Below, in pieces: positions 1 through 12,265 of a stretch of 64,000 nucleotides of DNA. This DNA comes from a virus. Where the stretch lies: positions 1-64,000 of the IMG/VR virus record IMGVR_UViG_3300047557_004034. One strand, written 5' to 3'. Within the stretch, counting starts at the first letter, position 1, and the number at the start of each line of letters is the position of its first letter. The notes beneath the pieces are model-generated. The model was given only the letters and a program-made list of their open reading frames with translations, was not told where the DNA came from and made no database searches. A program made the translations under genes and the position numbers.

Positions 1-635
1 GAGCACCTTGAGGTCCTTGTGGACCAACTGCTCCTTGAGCACCTTGACCTCCTTGAGCACCTGTAGGTCCAATAGCACCTTGAGCACCTTGAGGTCCTTG
101 TGGACCAACTGCTCCTTGAGCACCTTGACCTCCTTGAGCACCTGTAGGTCCAATAGCACCTTGAGCACCTTGAGGTCCTTGTGGACCAACTGCTCCTTGC
201 GCACCTTGAGGTCCTTGTGGACCAACTGCTCCTTGCGCACCTTGACCTCCTTGAGCACCCTGAGGACCTTTAGCACCTGTAGGTCCAATAGCTCCTTGAG
301 CACCTTGTCCTCCTTGAGCACCTGTAGGTCCAATAGCACCTTGAGCACCTTGTCCTCCTTGAGCACCTGTAGGTCCGATAGCACCTTGAGCACCTTGTCC
401 TCCTTGAGCACCTTGAGGTCCTTGTGGACCAACTGCTCCTTGTGCTCCCTGTCCGCCCTGAGGGCCAGCTGCTCCTTGAGCTCCCTGAGGACCTTTAGCA
501 CCTGTAGGTCCGATAGCACCTTGAGCACCTTGTCCTCCTTGAGCACCTTGAGGTCCTTGCGGACCAACTGCTCCTTGTGCTCCCTGAGGACCTTTAGACC
601 CTGTAGGTCCGATAGCACCCTGAGCACCTTGAGCC
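1..635 (-). repeat. Collagen-like Gly-X-Y coding repeat (9-bp period)
   Basis: Tandem gagcacctt/gaggtcctt/gtcctcctt-type units encoding GAQ, GPQ, GGQ, GPT on the minus strand. Confidence 0.95.
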
Positions 636-1012
636 CCTCCACCTCCCGTTCCTGTAATTTGACTGAAGTTGAGGTCAGAAACATCTATAGTTAATGGGTC
701 ATTTGAAACTAAAACAAAAGCCTTTTCAGCATTTGTTGTACCTGAGTTTATAAACACTTGAACACCGTCGAATATGTCTTCACTCAAAGACATGTCAATA
801 GCCCTACTCCACGCACCACTTGCAACAATATAAATTCCGTTTGTTGATGCCGTGGATTGGTTTTTCACTAAAACTCTCTCACCTACAGAAAGGGCAACAC
901 CATCAATTGTTTGTGTGCCATTCAACGTAATGTTTGTTGTAGTGGCAACCCTACAAGGAAGCTTATAACTGCTTCCTTTAATTTGAGAGTATGTACCTAT
1001 CCTTGTAATCAT
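1..1012 (-). CDS. Tail fibre-type protein with N-terminal phage fibre domain and collagen-like repeat (3' end runs off the window)
   Basis: Not in the ORF track because it is truncated. Manual translation from ATG at 1012 gives [71 protein letters not shown]..., the RVATT/QTIDGV/RVLVKNQ/NGIY/GAW.RA motif of phage fibre proteins. (GAQ/GPQ/GPT)n follows from ~635 to the window start. Confidence 0.85.
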   Translation of the reverse strand, partial: MITRIGTYSQIKGSSYKLPCRVATTTNITLNGTQTIDGVALSVGERVLVKNQSTASTNGIYIVASGAWSRAIDMSLSEDIFDGVQVFINSGTTNAEKAFVLVSNDPLTIDVSDLNFSQITGTGGGGAQGAQGAIGPTGSKGPQGAQGAVGPQGPQGAQGGQGAQGAIGPTGAKGPQGAQGAAGPQGGQGAQGAVGPQGPQGAQGGQGAQGAIGPTGAQGGQGAQGAIGPTGAQGGQGAQGAIGPTGAKGPQGAQGGQGAQGAVGPQGPQGAQGAVGPQGPQGAQGAIGPTGAQGGQGAQGAVGPQGPQGAQGAIGPTGAQGGQGAQGAVGPQGPQGA

Positions 1013-1050
1013 CTAAAATAAATATTAAACCAATTCTTTATTCATTATTT

Positions 1051-2346
1051 TTATATTATAAACGGGTGTCCAATGCTTTGGTTTCTCCGGTACATTGTAT
1101 CGCCGAAAGCCAAATATCCATGAAACTCAGATGCAACACCACCAGCAGTATCAACAATAATTTGAAATGAATTCAAATTGAACGCATTTATATCATAAGT
1201 AGCTTGAACTGCACCAGCTCCTGTTGGAAATGATAGAACAGAATCATATTGTACAATCGTACCAATTTGTGTTGGGTCTTGGTTATTGTTATCCAAAATT
1301 CCTGCTGAGTTTCTTGATGTGGTTGAGCGTCCACTACCGAAACCAATTCTGTCTTGCGTTGTTGCCGTACCCGCAGTATCTTGTGCTGTCATTCTACCGA
1401 TGAGAGATAGGCCTCTCAAGAAAAAAGGTAATTCAGAAACTGTGGTAGTTGAGTTTAATGTGTTTCCTGCAATTGTATATGAAGACGCTTGCCAACTTCC
1501 TCCCTTTATTGCCAAAAAAATATTTCTTCTATTTGTGGTTGCCCTTGCAGTCCAGTTAAGTGTAAATTGGTTAGTTCCCCATGCTGAAAGTGTAGCTCTT
1601 GCATTCACTGCCGTTCCACCAGCTATAACAATTTGAGCCAAGCAATCTCCTTGAAAACAATACCCGTCCGTATCACTTGTGCCAGAGTTATCATCTGAGT
1701 TTCCGACTATAACAACATTATTGGTTGATAATGTTGAGCTTGCAAAACCCACACATAAACCAGAATCTGTTCCTTGACCTGTATTCAGAGCATTTGTTGA
1801 TTGTACTCCGGCAAACATTACAACTTGGTTTAGTCCGTCGTCAGTAAAACCGTTTACGGTGTAGTTTGCATTTCCTGTGGCCGCTGGCTCTGCTATATCC
1901 CCGACGACCGCAACTGTAATATCTTGTCCTCCCCAAGCTTCATAAAATACTGTAATATTTACTGGCGTTACATCATCTACAATTAATGTAAACCCGTCAG
2001 CATCAAAACTACTAATATCTAACCTTCCGTCAACGGTACCCGTACCATCAACAGTAATACACACAGAATTGTCCGCCGCAACTGAACCACAATCAGAAGC
2101 ATTACCATTATTGTCATCCGAAAAAGTACCAACACATCTTCTATCCGCAGCACTTACCGCAAATCCAACGCCCCTTCTTTCGTCTACCGCACCTGAAACT
2201 GCGTTTGTTGGTGAGTTGGATTGTAAACCAACCCAGTAAAATCGTAATGCCCGTGGTTGAAATCCCAACCCTGTTACAACTTTGGTCGCATTTAGTGCGT
2301 CCGTTGTCAACCATTGAACTGAACCGTGTGCAAAATTTAATGGCAT
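1051..2346 (-). CDS. Hypothetical virion/fibre-associated beta-rich protein (431 aa)
   Basis: Long ORF rich in Gly/Thr/Ser/Asn, located between two fibre genes. Starts 3 nt after the upstream stop codon. Confidence 0.7.
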   Translation of the reverse strand: MPLNFAHGSVQWLTTDALNATKVVTGLGFQPRALRFYWVGLQSNSPTNAVSGAVDERRGVGFAVSAADRRCVGTFSDDNNGNASDCGSVAADNSVCITVDGTGTVDGRLDISSFDADGFTLIVDDVTPVNITVFYEAWGGQDITVAVVGDIAEPAATGNANYTVNGFTDDGLNQVVMFAGVQSTNALNTGQGTDSGLCVGFASSTLSTNNVVIVGNSDDNSGTSDTDGYCFQGDCLAQIVIAGGTAVNARATLSAWGTNQFTLNWTARATTNRRNIFLAIKGGSWQASSYTIAGNTLNSTTTVSELPFFLRGLSLIGRMTAQDTAGTATTQDRIGFGSGRSTTSRNSAGILDNNNQDPTQIGTIVQYDSVLSFPTGAGAVQATYDINAFNLNSFQIIVDTAGGVASEFHGYLAFGDTMYRRNQSIGHPFII

Positions 2347-2349
2347 ATT

Positions 2350-5300
2350 TTAAGCTCTCGTATATGTTATTCTTATCGCCAAAAGTTCCGCAGTTGCTGC
2401 CAAGTTATCGGCAGCATCCGCTGGGTTTCTATTAGCTCTAAATTGTACAAAGTTACCTGCCGCAGGAGTACCTCCAATTGTAATTGCCGGTGTCGCTGCA
2501 GATATATTGACATCATCGTTTGCTTGGTTTGCATCTGTAACTTGTTGTTGTGTTCCGAAAGCTTGGTCAATCGCATCTCCATCTGCATATGCTCTAGCAG
2601 CCAATCCCCAACGAACACTGTTCGTTGATGCTGTACCTGCCACCCAATAGAATACTGCGGTGATAGTTCCACCATTGTAATCTGATGGCATCGGCATTGC
2701 CCAGTTTGCAAATGTTTGAGTAGTATCTGGAAACCCTATATAATAAAAGTTTACTGCGTTTGTTGTCGTTTGTGTTATTGTTGGTGGATTAGCTCCCGAT
2801 GTAACAGAAGGCCAACCTCCACCAGCTGTTAGTATGATTTGTCCTGTAACAGTCGCACCTGGAGCACCTTGAGCACCTTGTCCTCCTTGAGCACCTTGGG
2901 CTCCAGTTCCTGGTGCACCTTGAGCCCCCTGTGGACCTGTTGGACCTAACGCACCTTGAGCACCTTGTCCTCCTTGAGCACCTTGGGCTCCCTGAGCACC
3001 TTGGGCTCCAGTTCCTGGTGCACCTTGAGCACCTTGTCCTCCTTGAGCGCCTTGTGCTCCCTGAGCACCTGTTGCACCTTGAGCACCTTGTCCTCCTTGA
3101 GCACCTTGGGCTCCCTGAGCACCTGTTGCACCTTGAGCACCTTGTCCTCCTTGAGCGCCTTGTGCTCCCTGAGCACCTGTTGCACCTTGAGCACCTTGTC
3201 CTCCTTGAGCTCCTTGGGCTCCCTGAGCACCTGTTGCACCTTGAGCACCTTGTCCTCCTTGAGCTCCTGTTGGACCTAACGCACCTTGAGCACCTTGTCC
3301 TCCTTGAGCACCTTGGGCTCCCTGAGCACCTGTTGCACCTTGAGCACCTTGTCCTCCTTGAGCGCCTTGTGCTCCCTGAGCACCTGTTGCACCTTGAGCA
3401 CCTTGAGCACCTTGTCCTCCTTGAGCACCTTGGGCTCCCTGAGCACCTGTCGCACCTTGAGCACCTTGAGGTCCTTTAGCCCCTGTAGGTCCAATTGCTC
3501 CTTGAGCACCTTGTCCTCCTTGAGCACCTGTTGGACCTAACGCACCTTGAGCACCTTGCCCTCCTTGAGCTCCTGTTGGACCTGTAGCACCTTGAGCACC
3601 TTGCCCTCCTTGAGCTCCTTGAGCACCAGTCGCACCTTGAGCACCTTGTCCTCCTTGAGCACCTTGGGCTCCTGTTGGACCCAACGCACCTTGAGCACCT
3701 TGTCCTCCTTGAGCACCTTGAGGTCCTTTGGCTCCTGTAGGTCCAATTGCTCCTTGAGCACCTTGTCCTCCTTGAGCACCTTGGGCACCTTGGGCACCAG
3801 TCGCACCTTGAGCACCTTGTCCTCCTTGAGCACCTTGAGCTCCTGTTGGACCCAACGCACCTTGAGCACCTTGTCCTCCTTGAGCACCTTGAGGTCCTTT
3901 AGCTCCTGTGGGTCCAATTGCCCCTTGAGCACCTTGTCCTCCTTGAGCACCTTGAGCACCTGTTGGACCTAACGCGCCTTGAGCACCTTGCCCTCCCTGA
4001 GCACCTTGGGCTCCAGTCGCACCTTGAGCACCTTGTCCTCCCTGAGCTCCTGTTGGCCCTGTAGCACCTTGGGCACCTTGGCCTCCCTGAGCACCTTGAG
4101 CTCCCTGAGGACCTTTAGCACCTGTAGGTCCGATAGCACCTTGAGCACCTTGTCCTCCTTGAGCACCTTGAGCTCCTGTAGGTCCAATTGCTCCTTGAGC
4201 TCCTTGTCCTCCCTGAGCTCCTTGGGCACCTGTTGGACCTGTAGCACCTTGAGCTCCTTGTCCTCCTTGAGCACCTTGGGCTCCTGTAGGTCCAATTGCT
4301 CCTTGAGCTCCCTGAGGCCCTTTAGCACCTGTAGGTCCGATAGCACCTTGAGCACCTTGCCCTCCTTGAGCTCCTTGAGCTCCTGTTGGACCTGTAGCAC
4401 CTTGAGCACCTTGCCCTCCTTGAGCTCCTTGAGCACCTGTTGGCCCTGTAGCACCTTGGGCACCTTGGGCACCTTGGCCTCCCTGAGCACCTTGAGCTCC
4501 CTGAGGACCTTTAGCACCTGTAGGTCCGATAGCACCTTGAGCACCTTGTCCTCCTTGAGCACCTTGAGCACCTGTTGGACCTAGCGCACCTTGAGCTCCT
4601 TGTCCTCCCTGAGCTCCTTGGGCACCTGTTGGACCTGTAGCACCTTGGGCACCTTGGCCTCCCTGAGCACCTTGAGCTCCCTGAGGCCCTTTAGCTCCTG
4701 TAGGTCCGATAGCACCTTGAGCACCTTGCCCTCCTTGAGCACCTGTTGGACCTGTAGCACCTTGAGCACCTTGCCCTCCTTGAGCTCCTTGAGCACCTGT
4801 TGGACCTGTAGCACCTTGAGCACCTTGGCCTCCCTGAGCACCTTGAGCTCCCTGAGGCCCTTTAGCACCTGTTGGACCAATAGCACCCTGTGCACCTTGT
4901 CCTCCCTGAGCTCCTTGAGCTCCTGTTGGACCTGTAGCACCTTGAGCACCTTGCCCTCCTTGAGCTCCTTGAGCACCTGTTGGACCTGTCGCACCTTGAG
5001 CTCCTTGACCTCCCTGAGCACCTTGAGCTCCTGTTGGACCTGTAGCACCTTGGGCACCTTGGCCTCCCTGAGCACCTTGAGCTCCCTGAGGCCCTTTAGC
5101 ACCTGTAGGTCCGATAGCACCTTGAGCACCTTGTCCTCCTTGAGCTCCTTGAGCTCCTGTTGGCCCTGTCGCACCTTGAGCACCCTGCCCTCCTTGAGCA
5201 CCTTGAGCACCTGTTGGACCAATAGCACCCTGTGCACCTTGTCCTCCCTGAGCCCCTTGAGGTCCTTTAGCACCTGTTGGACCAATAGCACCTTGAGCAC

Positions 5301-8300
5301 CTTGTCCTCCTTGAGCACCTTGAGGTCCAAAAGCACCTTGAGCACCTTGTCCTCCTTGAGCACCTTGTCCTCCTTGAGCACCTTGTCCTCCTTGAGCACC
5401 TTGAGGTCCGGTTTTACCTGATGTTCCTGAAGAACCACTTGAACCTGATGTACCAGGAATTCCAGTTGAGATTGTTAATCCTATACTTCCAAATAATATT
5501 AATACGTCTGTCGCGGTAGGTGCCGGTCTGTCTGGGTCTATAGTTAAAGTTGTTCCAACTATTGTATAATCCGCATTTAGTGTTTGTAATTGTCCATTTA
5601 TGAAGAATTGGTGTTGAGAACCGACAGAAAGTGCCGTTGATAGTGTAAAAACTTTATTCACACCATTCTGAGTTCCTGTAATTGTAATTCCGGATAATAC
5701 TGATGTGTCTGAACTAACTGTCACAGTTACAACACTTCCTGACATTGCTGCCGTAACACCAGAACCAACAAAATTTATACCTGTTGCCGCAGAGGTAACA
5801 AATACACCTTCGTCATAAATAAATGCTAATGGACTTGTACCTGAACTTCCTGAAGAGCCACTTGTTCCTGAAGAACCTGATGAACCACTTGTACCTGAAC
5901 TTCCTGATGTTCCTGAAGAACCTGATGAACCACTTGTACCTGAACTTCCTGATGAGCCACTTGTGCCAGAACTTCCTGATGTTCCTGAAGAACCTGATGA
6001 ACCACTTGTGCCAGAACTTCCTGATGTTCCTGATGAACCACTTGTACCTGATGAGCCTGAACTTCCTGATGTACCACTAGAGCCTGATGAACCACTTGTG
6101 CCAGAACTTCCTGATGTTCCTGATGAACCTGATGAACCACTTGTGCCAGAACTTCCTGATGTTCCTGATGAGCCACTTGTTCCTGATGAGCCTGATGAGC
6201 CACTTGTTCCTGATGAGCCTGATGAGCCACTTGTACCTGATGAGCCTGAACTTCCTGATGTACCACTAGAACCTGATGTACCACTAGAACCTGATGTACC
6301 ACTAGAGCCTGATGAACCACTCGTTCCTGAAGAACCTGATGAACCACTTGTTCCTGATGAGCCTGATGAGCCACTTGTACCAGAACTTCCTGATGTTCCT
6401 GATGAACCACTTGTACCTGAACTTCCTGAAGAACCACTTGTACCTGAACTTCCTGAAGAGCCACTTGTTCCTGAAGAACCTGATGAACCACTTGTACCTG
6501 AACTTCCTGAAGAACCACTTGTACCTGAAGAACCTGATGAGCCACTTGTGCCAGAACTTCCTGATGTTCCTGATGAACCTGATGAGCCACTTGTGCCAGA
6601 ACTTCCTGATGTTCCTGATGAACCACTTGTACCTGAACTTCCTGAAGAGCCACTTGTTCCTGAAGAACCTGATGAACCACTTGTACCAGAACTTCCTGAA
6701 GAACCACTTGTACCTGATGAGCCTGAACTTCCTGATGTACCACTAGAGCCTGAAGAACCACTTGTTCCTGATGAACCACTTGTTCCTGATGAACCACTTG
6801 TACCTGATGAGCCTGAACTTCCTGATGTACCACTAGAGCCTGAAGAACCACTTGTTCCTGATGAACCACTTGTTCCTGATGAACCACTTGTACCTGAACT
6901 TCCTGAAGAGCCACTTGTTCCTGAAGAACCTGATGAACCACTTGTGCCAGAACTTCCTGATGTTCCTGATGAACCACTTGTACCAGAACTTCCTGAAGAA
7001 CCACTTGTACCTGATGAGCCTGAACTTCCTGATGTACCACTAGAGCCTGAAGAACCACTTGTTCCTGATGAACCACTTGTGCCAGAACTTCCTGATGTTC
7101 CTGATGAACCACTTGTACCTGATGAGCCTGAACTTCCTGAAGAACCACTTGTACCTGATGAGCCTGAACTTCCTGATGTACCACTAGAGCCTGAAGAACC
7201 ACTTGTTCCTGATGAACCACTTGTACCTGAACTTCCTGAAGAGCCACTTGTTCCTGAAGAACCTGATGAACCACTTGTGCCAGAACTTCCTGATGTTCCT
7301 GATGAACCACTTGTACCTGAACTTCCTGATGTTCCTGATGAACCACTTGTACCTGAAGAACCTGATGAGCCACTTGTGCCAGAACTTCCTGATGTTCCTG
7401 ATGAACCACTTGTACCTGAACTTCCTGAAGAGCCACTTGTTCCTGAAGAACCTGATGAACCACTTGTGCCAGAACTTCCTGATGTTCCTGATGAACCACT
7501 TGTTCCTGATGAACCACTTGTACCTGAACTTCCTGAAGAGCCACTTGTTCCTGAAGAACCTGATGAACCACTTGTGCCAGAACTTCCTGATGTTCCTGAT
7601 GAACCACTTGTACCTGAACTTCCTGATGTACCACTAGAGCCTGAAGAACCACTTGTTCCTGATGAACCACTTGTACCTGAACTTCCTGAAGAGCCACTTG
7701 TTCCTGAAGAACCTGATGAACCACTTGTGCCAGAACTTCCTGATGTTCCTGATGAACCACTTGTACCTGAACTTCCTGATGTTCCTGATGAACCACTTGT
7801 ACCTGAACTTCCTGAAGAACCACTTGTACCTGAAGAACCTGATGAGCCACTTGTGCCAGAACTTCCTGATGTTCCTGATGAACCACTTGTACCTGATGAG
7901 CCTGAACTTCCTGATGTACCACTAGAGCCTGAAGAACCACTTGTTCCTGAAGAACCACTTGTACCTGAACTTCCTGAAGAGCCACTTGTTCCTGAAGAAC
8001 CTGATGAACCACTTGTGCCAGAACTTCCTGATGTTCCTGATGAACCACTTGTGCCAGAACTTCCTGATGTTCCTGAAGAACCTGATGAACCACTTGTACC
8101 TGAACTTCCTGAAGAGCCACTTGTTCCTGAAGAACCACTTGTGCCAGAACTTCCTGATGTTCCTGATGAGCCACTTGTGCCAGAACTCCCTGATGTTCCT
8201 GATGAACCACTTGTTCCTGATGAACCTGATGAGCCACTTGTGCCAGAACTTCCTGACGAGCCACTTGTGCCAGAACTACCACTTGTTCCCGATGAACCAT

Positions 8301-11300
8301 CCGCACCTGAATTACTCCAAAAAGTGTTTCCTACATTATCAATTACCAAAAATTTAGTAAGTAAATTATCTTGAGTAATGTTTGTTAAAGTAAGATTACC
8401 TGATGTAGTTGCTGTGGCCGATATTGTATTTACGTTGAATAAATCATTTCCTCCTAACCCTAAGTCCCCTGTCATCTGTCTACCACCATCAACTAACAAA
8501 TATTGTTGGTGGTCATCAGCTGTGAGTCCTAATAAGTTACCGTGAATTGAAGTCGCGTTTACCCCACTGGCCTTGAAACCAATCACAGGTCTGATGTCTT
8601 CAATCTGAACAATTCCTGTGAGTCCTTGTTGTATATAAATTGACGCAATAGAAACTACACCGTCTGTAAAGAAATCGGGTGGTAATGGTAATGGTGCATT
8701 TTCTGTTTCAACTAATGTCGCAAATTCTGTTTGTCCTAAAACTAAGAAATATTCTTCATTACTACCTTCACCAACAACATACAATGTATGTTTGGTGAAA
8801 GCTGATGCTGTCAATCCCGATAACCCTGTTTGGTTTGGATTATATTGAGAACTATTTACAAATGTAGTTGCAGATGTAACCCATCCTGAACCGTTATTCC
8901 AATATTGGGTAAAAGTAATTGGTGTTGCTCCTGATGGAAGAAAATTATTTTCAGAGAACCAATAATTACCTGACGTTACATCTAAGGTAAATGCGGTTGA
9001 CCCCGTTGTCGTAATCGAACCTGTTGCATATACAGGTCCAAGAGCTTGTCTATTGAAGCTTGATAATAAAGTTGCAGTATGTTGTGCATTATATGGTGAT
9101 GCATCTATCAATTCAACTCCTGTTGAATTTGTTACCACCCTACCCATTATTATATTATAGAATGGGTCAGGAAGTCCTGCGTTAGCTACTAATGTTCCAT
9201 TATTGGAAATATAAATGTAGTTGTCTGTATTTGCACTTAAAGTAAGTTGTCCATCAACCCAATCGTATCTTTTGATAATACTTGGGTCTAATTGGTCTGA
9301 CAAGTAACCGAATCCTGCAGATGTGTTGATTGATGTTCCACTGATAATAGTAATGGTTCCACCACTCAAAAGTCCCATCGCACTTCCTTGGAAAATCAGG
9401 GTGGAAGCATCCGTATGTGTTCCATCAGCAAATGTTACGGAAAGTTTTCTTGTAATGTCGTTTTCACCATCAGTATCGTCCAAGAAGTTCCAATAAAAGT
9501 CTTGACTTGCAGTATTGATTTTTGAATGGTCAGAAACACCTTGATATCTACCTCTTGTTTGTGCATTTAATATATTAAAATCATAAGTTGTAGAACCATG
9601 AATCATGGAACCTACAATTCTGAATGTTGGTCCGTCTCCTGTATTTGGAACATATACCGCAGTGTCCCAATCTTGAATGTCAAGTGCAGCCGCTTCTACC
9701 ACAGCACTGTCACTCATCTCTAAACACGTAGAGCCTGTTAGTGATGCACCTTCGAATGTACAGACGTACATATTCAAACTTGACCCTGAACCTGTAACTT
9801 TGTTACCTACAACGTTATCTGCTGTTGGGAATAGGTAATAGTTTTCCATGTTAACTAAACATCCTACACCGTTGCTAGCTTCTACTAGAACACCGTAACT
9901 GAAAACACCATTTATATCAACATATTCACCATAAAACTGTGTGTCTTGTGTTGAAGATTTTACCCAAATACCAATGTCAGAGTCGACTATAGTAATTTTA
10001 TGACATTGTCCGAAGTCCCCAATATCATCAGCATAAATTGCCGCATATCCTGCACCAGCACCTGAGAAACTCAAGAACGAAACTTCGTTATTTACACCAA
10101 TTTTTAATATGTGTTGTGATGCCGAGTTAGGGAATAATTCGGTTGTTTGTATATTCGAACCTTGAATACTTACATATGGTTTACCTGTTAAATCTATTTG
10201 GTCTTCAAAGAATTGACCCGGACCAACACTAACTAAAAATCTATTACTTTCTGAAGAACCCGTAATCCAATCAACAGCGGCTTTAACTGAGGTAAATTCA
10301 CCACCCTTCTTAGCCACAGTGATAACTCTTGGGTCTTGACCAACAACATATATTGGAGCATTGATTGGTATTTCAGTTTTTAAGAATGTATCTGTACCTT
10401 GTAATTTACCTGTTGTATTTGGATTTTCAATTACAACATCTTTTGTGTTGTTTTCAAAGTTAAGTGCGATTGCATCAATAGACGGTGCCGAACCTGTGTT
10501 AGGTACGTAAATACCTGTCGCCCATCTTTGGAAGTTAACAGCTGTCAGTCTGAGAGAACCACCATTTTCAACCCAAAAACCTGTTCCTGATGCGGCACCT
10601 ACTGCCTTTGTTAAAAGACAACCGTTCACGATGAATGCACAACCTGGTTGGTCTGATTTTGCAAAAATTAAACCTGATGTTGTTGTAACCCCACCATTAG
10701 TAGATGTAACGTTTCTAAGTTGCATCCTACCAATACCACTTCCATCGTTTGTAACATAGAAACCTATAGTAAATGGATAACCACCATACTTTACGTTTGA
10801 ACACTGCATGATACAGTTTCCACCACCAGTACCCACAGTTTTAGCATGAGTATAGTTTGCTCCAAATCTCACATCTTCAACATAAGAAATGGCATTCAAT
10901 TGTGGTGTTGTTGATGAAGAGTAGACAACGCAGGCAACTCCTGTTCCCGTACAACCTTGAAGTTGAACGTTCGTGACCATCGATTGGTCTGCCATCAAAA
11001 TCAAAGACTGATTCGGATTGTTTGCTTGAATTACCGTGCTTGTAGAACTATCACCAACGATAGTAACATAAGACTTTAATACTATTTGGTCTTCGTAATA
11101 TTGACCAGCATAAACTCTTACAGTATAGGTATTTGCTGAGGTTGCCCCTGAAATACTATCAACAGCTTCTTTAACGGAAAAAAAATCTACACCGGAGCTT
11201 CCGGTCATACCAACCGTAACAACATTTTCAATGTTACCTGAAGAACCAGTACCTGCAACAATCCAATTGGTTCCATCACTTATAACTTGCACACTACCAT

Positions 11301-11568
11301 ATTGTCTGAGAGTGGTTGTTATTTCTCCATCTATTGTTTGAGAACCTGAACCGTCTACAGTAATTGTACCTGTACCCGAGTTTTTAATTAAATAATTTTT
11401 TCCTGCAATATCAACCGCAGTTGGTAGGGTTATTGTAAACGTACCTGAGGTTGCGTCTACAACATAATCGTCTTCTCCAACAGTATATGTCGAAGTGACC
11501 GCAGTATATGGAACAGTAAGACTACCAAGGGATATTAGACCCCTACGAGCTATAAATTCATTTGCCAT
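2350..11568 (-). CDS. Giant fibre/adhesin protein (3072 aa): N-terminal fibre domain, two pectin-lyase-like beta-helix modules, (GSS/GTS)n array, collagen-like array, C-terminal globular domain
   Basis: ORF track. Duplicated F.SVK.AVD.I...V.V..GQ..EDQI starts typical of right-handed beta-helix modules; [15 protein letters not shown] motif; two long Gly-X-Y arrays. Confidence 0.85.
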   Translation of the reverse strand: MANEFIARRGLISLGSLTVPYTAVTSTYTVGEDDYVVDATSGTFTITLPTAVDIAGKNYLIKNSGTGTITVDGSGSQTIDGEITTTLRQYGSVQVISDGTNWIVAGTGSSGNIENVVTVGMTGSSGVDFFSVKEAVDSISGATSANTYTVRVYAGQYYEDQIVLKSYVTIVGDSSTSTVIQANNPNQSLILMADQSMVTNVQLQGCTGTGVACVVYSSSTTPQLNAISYVEDVRFGANYTHAKTVGTGGGNCIMQCSNVKYGGYPFTIGFYVTNDGSGIGRMQLRNVTSTNGGVTTTSGLIFAKSDQPGCAFIVNGCLLTKAVGAASGTGFWVENGGSLRLTAVNFQRWATGIYVPNTGSAPSIDAIALNFENNTKDVVIENPNTTGKLQGTDTFLKTEIPINAPIYVVGQDPRVITVAKKGGEFTSVKAAVDWITGSSESNRFLVSVGPGQFFEDQIDLTGKPYVSIQGSNIQTTELFPNSASQHILKIGVNNEVSFLSFSGAGAGYAAIYADDIGDFGQCHKITIVDSDIGIWVKSSTQDTQFYGEYVDINGVFSYGVLVEASNGVGCLVNMENYYLFPTADNVVGNKVTGSGSSLNMYVCTFEGASLTGSTCLEMSDSAVVEAAALDIQDWDTAVYVPNTGDGPTFRIVGSMIHGSTTYDFNILNAQTRGRYQGVSDHSKINTASQDFYWNFLDDTDGENDITRKLSVTFADGTHTDASTLIFQGSAMGLLSGGTITIISGTSINTSAGFGYLSDQLDPSIIKRYDWVDGQLTLSANTDNYIYISNNGTLVANAGLPDPFYNIIMGRVVTNSTGVELIDASPYNAQHTATLLSSFNRQALGPVYATGSITTTGSTAFTLDVTSGNYWFSENNFLPSGATPITFTQYWNNGSGWVTSATTFVNSSQYNPNQTGLSGLTASAFTKHTLYVVGEGSNEEYFLVLGQTEFATLVETENAPLPLPPDFFTDGVVSIASIYIQQGLTGIVQIEDIRPVIGFKASGVNATSIHGNLLGLTADDHQQYLLVDGGRQMTGDLGLGGNDLFNVNTISATATTSGNLTLTNITQDNLLTKFLVIDNVGNTFWSNSGADGSSGTSGSSGTSGSSGSSGTSGSSGSSGTSGSSGTSGSSGTSGSSGTSGSSGTSGSSGTSGSSGSSGTSGSSGSSGTSGSSGTSGSSGTSGSSGTSGSSGSSGTSGSSGSSGTSGSSGTSGSSGSSGTSGSSGSSGTSGSSGTSGSSGTSGSSGSSGTSGSSGSSGTSGSSGTSGSSGTSGSSGTSGSSGTSGSSGSSGTSGSSGSSGTSGSSGTSGSSGSSGTSGSSGTSGSSGTSGSSGTSGSSGSSGTSGSSGSSGTSGSSGTSGSSGTSGSSGTSGSSGSSGTSGSSGSSGTSGSSGTSGSSGTSGSSGSSGTSGSSGTSGSSGTSGSSGTSGSSGTSGSSGSSGTSGSSGSSGTSGSSGTSGSSGSSGTSGSSGSSGTSGSSGSSGSSGTSGSSGTSGSSGTSGSSGTSGSSGSSGTSGSSGSSGTSGSSGSSGTSGSSGTSGSSGTSGSSGSSGTSGSSGSSGTSGSSGTSGSSGTSGSSGSSGTSGSSGSSGTSGSSGTSGSSGTSGSSGSSGTSGSSGSSGTSGSSGSSGTSGSSGSSGTSGSSGSSGTSGSSGTSGSSGTSGSSGSSGTSGSSGTSGSSGSSGTSGSSGSSGTSGSSGSSGTSGSSGSSGTSGSSGSSGTSGSSGTSGSSGTSGSSGSSGTSGSSGSSGTSGSSGSSGTSGSSGTSGSSGTSGSSGSSGTSGSSGSSGTSGSSGSSGTSGSSGTSGSSGTSGSSGSSGTSGSSGTSGSSGSSGTSGSSGSSGTSGSSGTSGSSGTSGSSGSSGTSGSSGTSGSSGSSGTSGSSGSSGTSGSSGTSGSSGSSGTSGSSGSSGTSPLAFIYDEGVFVTSAATGINFVGSGVTAAMSGSVVTVTVSSDTSVLSGITITGTQNGVNKVFTLSTALSVGSQHQFFINGQLQTLNADYTIVGTTLTIDPDRPAPTATDVLILFGSIGLTISTGIPGTSGSSGSSGTSGKTGPQGAQGGQGAQGGQGAQGGQGAQGAFGPQGAQGGQGAQGAIGPTGAKGPQGAQGGQGAQGAIGPTGAQGAQGGQGAQGATGPTGAQGAQGGQGAQGAIGPTGAKGPQGAQGAQGGQGAQGATGPTGAQGAQGGQGAQGATGPTGAQGAQGGQGAQGATGPTGAQGAQGGQGAQGAIGPTGAKGPQGAQGAQGGQGAQGATGPTGAQGAQGGQGAQGATGPTGAQGGQGAQGAIGPTGAKGPQGAQGAQGGQGAQGATGPTGAQGAQGGQGAQGALGPTGAQGAQGGQGAQGAIGPTGAKGPQGAQGAQGGQGAQGAQGATGPTGAQGAQGGQGAQGATGPTGAQGAQGGQGAQGAIGPTGAKGPQGAQGAIGPTGAQGAQGGQGAQGATGPTGAQGAQGGQGAQGAIGPTGAQGAQGGQGAQGAIGPTGAKGPQGAQGAQGGQGAQGATGPTGAQGGQGAQGATGAQGAQGGQGAQGALGPTGAQGAQGGQGAQGAIGPTGAKGPQGAQGGQGAQGALGPTGAQGAQGGQGAQGATGAQGAQGAQGGQGAQGAIGPTGAKGPQGAQGGQGAQGALGPTGAQGAQGGQGAQGATGAQGAQGGQGAQGATGPTGAQGGQGAQGALGPTGAQGGQGAQGAIGPTGAKGPQGAQGATGAQGAQGAQGGQGAQGAQGATGAQGAQGAQGGQGAQGATGAQGAQGAQGGQGAQGALGPTGAQGGQGAQGATGAQGAQGAQGGQGAQGATGAQGAQGAQGGQGAQGATGAQGAQGAQGGQGAQGATGAQGAQGAQGGQGAQGAPGTGAQGAQGAQGAQGGQGAQGALGPTGPQGAQGAPGTGAQGAQGGQGAQGAPGATVTGQIILTAGGGWPSVTSGANPPTITQTTTNAVNFYYIGFPDTTQTFANWAMPMPSDYNGGTITAVFYWVAGTASTNSVRWGLAARAYADGDAIDQAFGTQQQVTDANQANDDVNISAATPAITIGGTPAAGNFVQFRANRNPADAADNLAATAELLAIRITYTRA
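2852..5418 (-). repeat. Collagen-like ([15 protein letters not shown])n array, ~855 codons
   Basis: Gly at every third residue, apart from two GAPGTG interruptions near the C-terminal end. Confidence 0.95.
5835..8305 (-). repeat. (GSS/GTS)n array, ~820 codons
   Basis: Uninterrupted Gly-Ser-Ser/Gly-Thr-Ser triplets built from 9-bp units such as gaaccactt, cctgatgaa, cctgaactt. Confidence 0.95.
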
Positions 11569-11570
11569 TC

Positions 11571-11606
11571 AGAACCTCTTTTTTCCCTATCCAAAAGAAA
11601 AATTCC
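11571..11606 (-). promoter_or_regulatory. Putative 5'-UTR hairpin ending 2 nt before the start codon of the 3072-aa gene
   Basis: Minus strand reads GGAAUU-UU-UCUUUU-[GGAUAGGGAA]-AAAAGA-GGUUCU-GA-AUG. Confidence 0.4.
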
Positions 11607-11623
11607 TTTATCTTTATTTTAAG

Positions 11624-11630
11624 ATAAATA
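11624..11630 (-). promoter_or_regulatory. TATTTAT upstream motif (putative late promoter)
   Basis: ataaata on + strand, intergenic, upstream of the 11568 start; same motif precedes many structural genes. Confidence 0.55.
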
Positions 11631-11717
11631 GCATGGATTTCAATAATCTAAAGCTTTTATTTTAATAAATTCGAATAGTTGTTAAATTAACAAATATGTA
11701 ATTCTATTTTATCTTTC

Positions 11718-12254
11718 CTAAGCAATTTCGTAACTACCATTCCAAATAAATCTATCAGTACTAGCCCAAGTGAATGGTTGTGTCGCATTTACATCACTTG
11801 CAGTTCCATTTGTAATATTTACATATTGTAATGGCGCTTTGGTGTTAAATCCCGCTCTTGCTCCATTCAGAGTGGCATTATACCAAGCAGAACCATTATC
11901 TAATAAAGTAGCAGTCATTAATATTCCATCAGCATCTGCAGCTGTAAATGGCATTGATACATACCATTCTCCTGAACCAAATGTTGTTGTTGTCCCCATT
12001 GCAATATTACCTCTCACAAAACAAGTTTTACCTACAAGAGCATAATTACCTGTAATTGTCCCATTGCCAATAACAGGATTTACTGATGATGCTGTCCAAA
12101 TAGGTGTATATGGTGTCCAAGAAATTTGAGAACCAAGTAATATCTCTCTTGTCACTTTATAGGATTCTGTTAGTCCGCTGTTGTCAATAACAATATAAAC
12201 TCCTGTAGAGTTTCCTGTAAATGTTGGTAATGCACTTATTTTTGTATTTGCCAT
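11718..12254 (-). CDS. Small tail-fibre-associated protein (178 aa)
   Basis: MANTKISALP-type N-terminus and WTPYTP...GNGTITG.Y...GKT...LPF-like receptor-binding domain pattern seen in phage fibre proteins. Confidence 0.7.
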   Translation of the reverse strand: MANTKISALPTFTGNSTGVYIVIDNSGLTESYKVTREILLGSQISWTPYTPIWTASSVNPVIGNGTITGNYALVGKTCFVRGNIAMGTTTTFGSGEWYVSMPFTAADADGILMTATLLDNGSAWYNATLNGARAGFNTKAPLQYVNITNGTASDVNATQPFTWASTDRFIWNGSYEIA

Positions 12255-12265
12255 TTTTTCATGTT

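Noticed and set aside
8-8374. Long plus-strand and alternative-frame ORFs (e.g. 8-694, 5963-8374 PELPDV repeats, 5826-8306 QVVHQE repeats)
   Set aside because: Shadow ORFs: 9-bp periodic repeats lacking stops in other frames. They begin and end with the repeat arrays and have no unique domains or expression signals.
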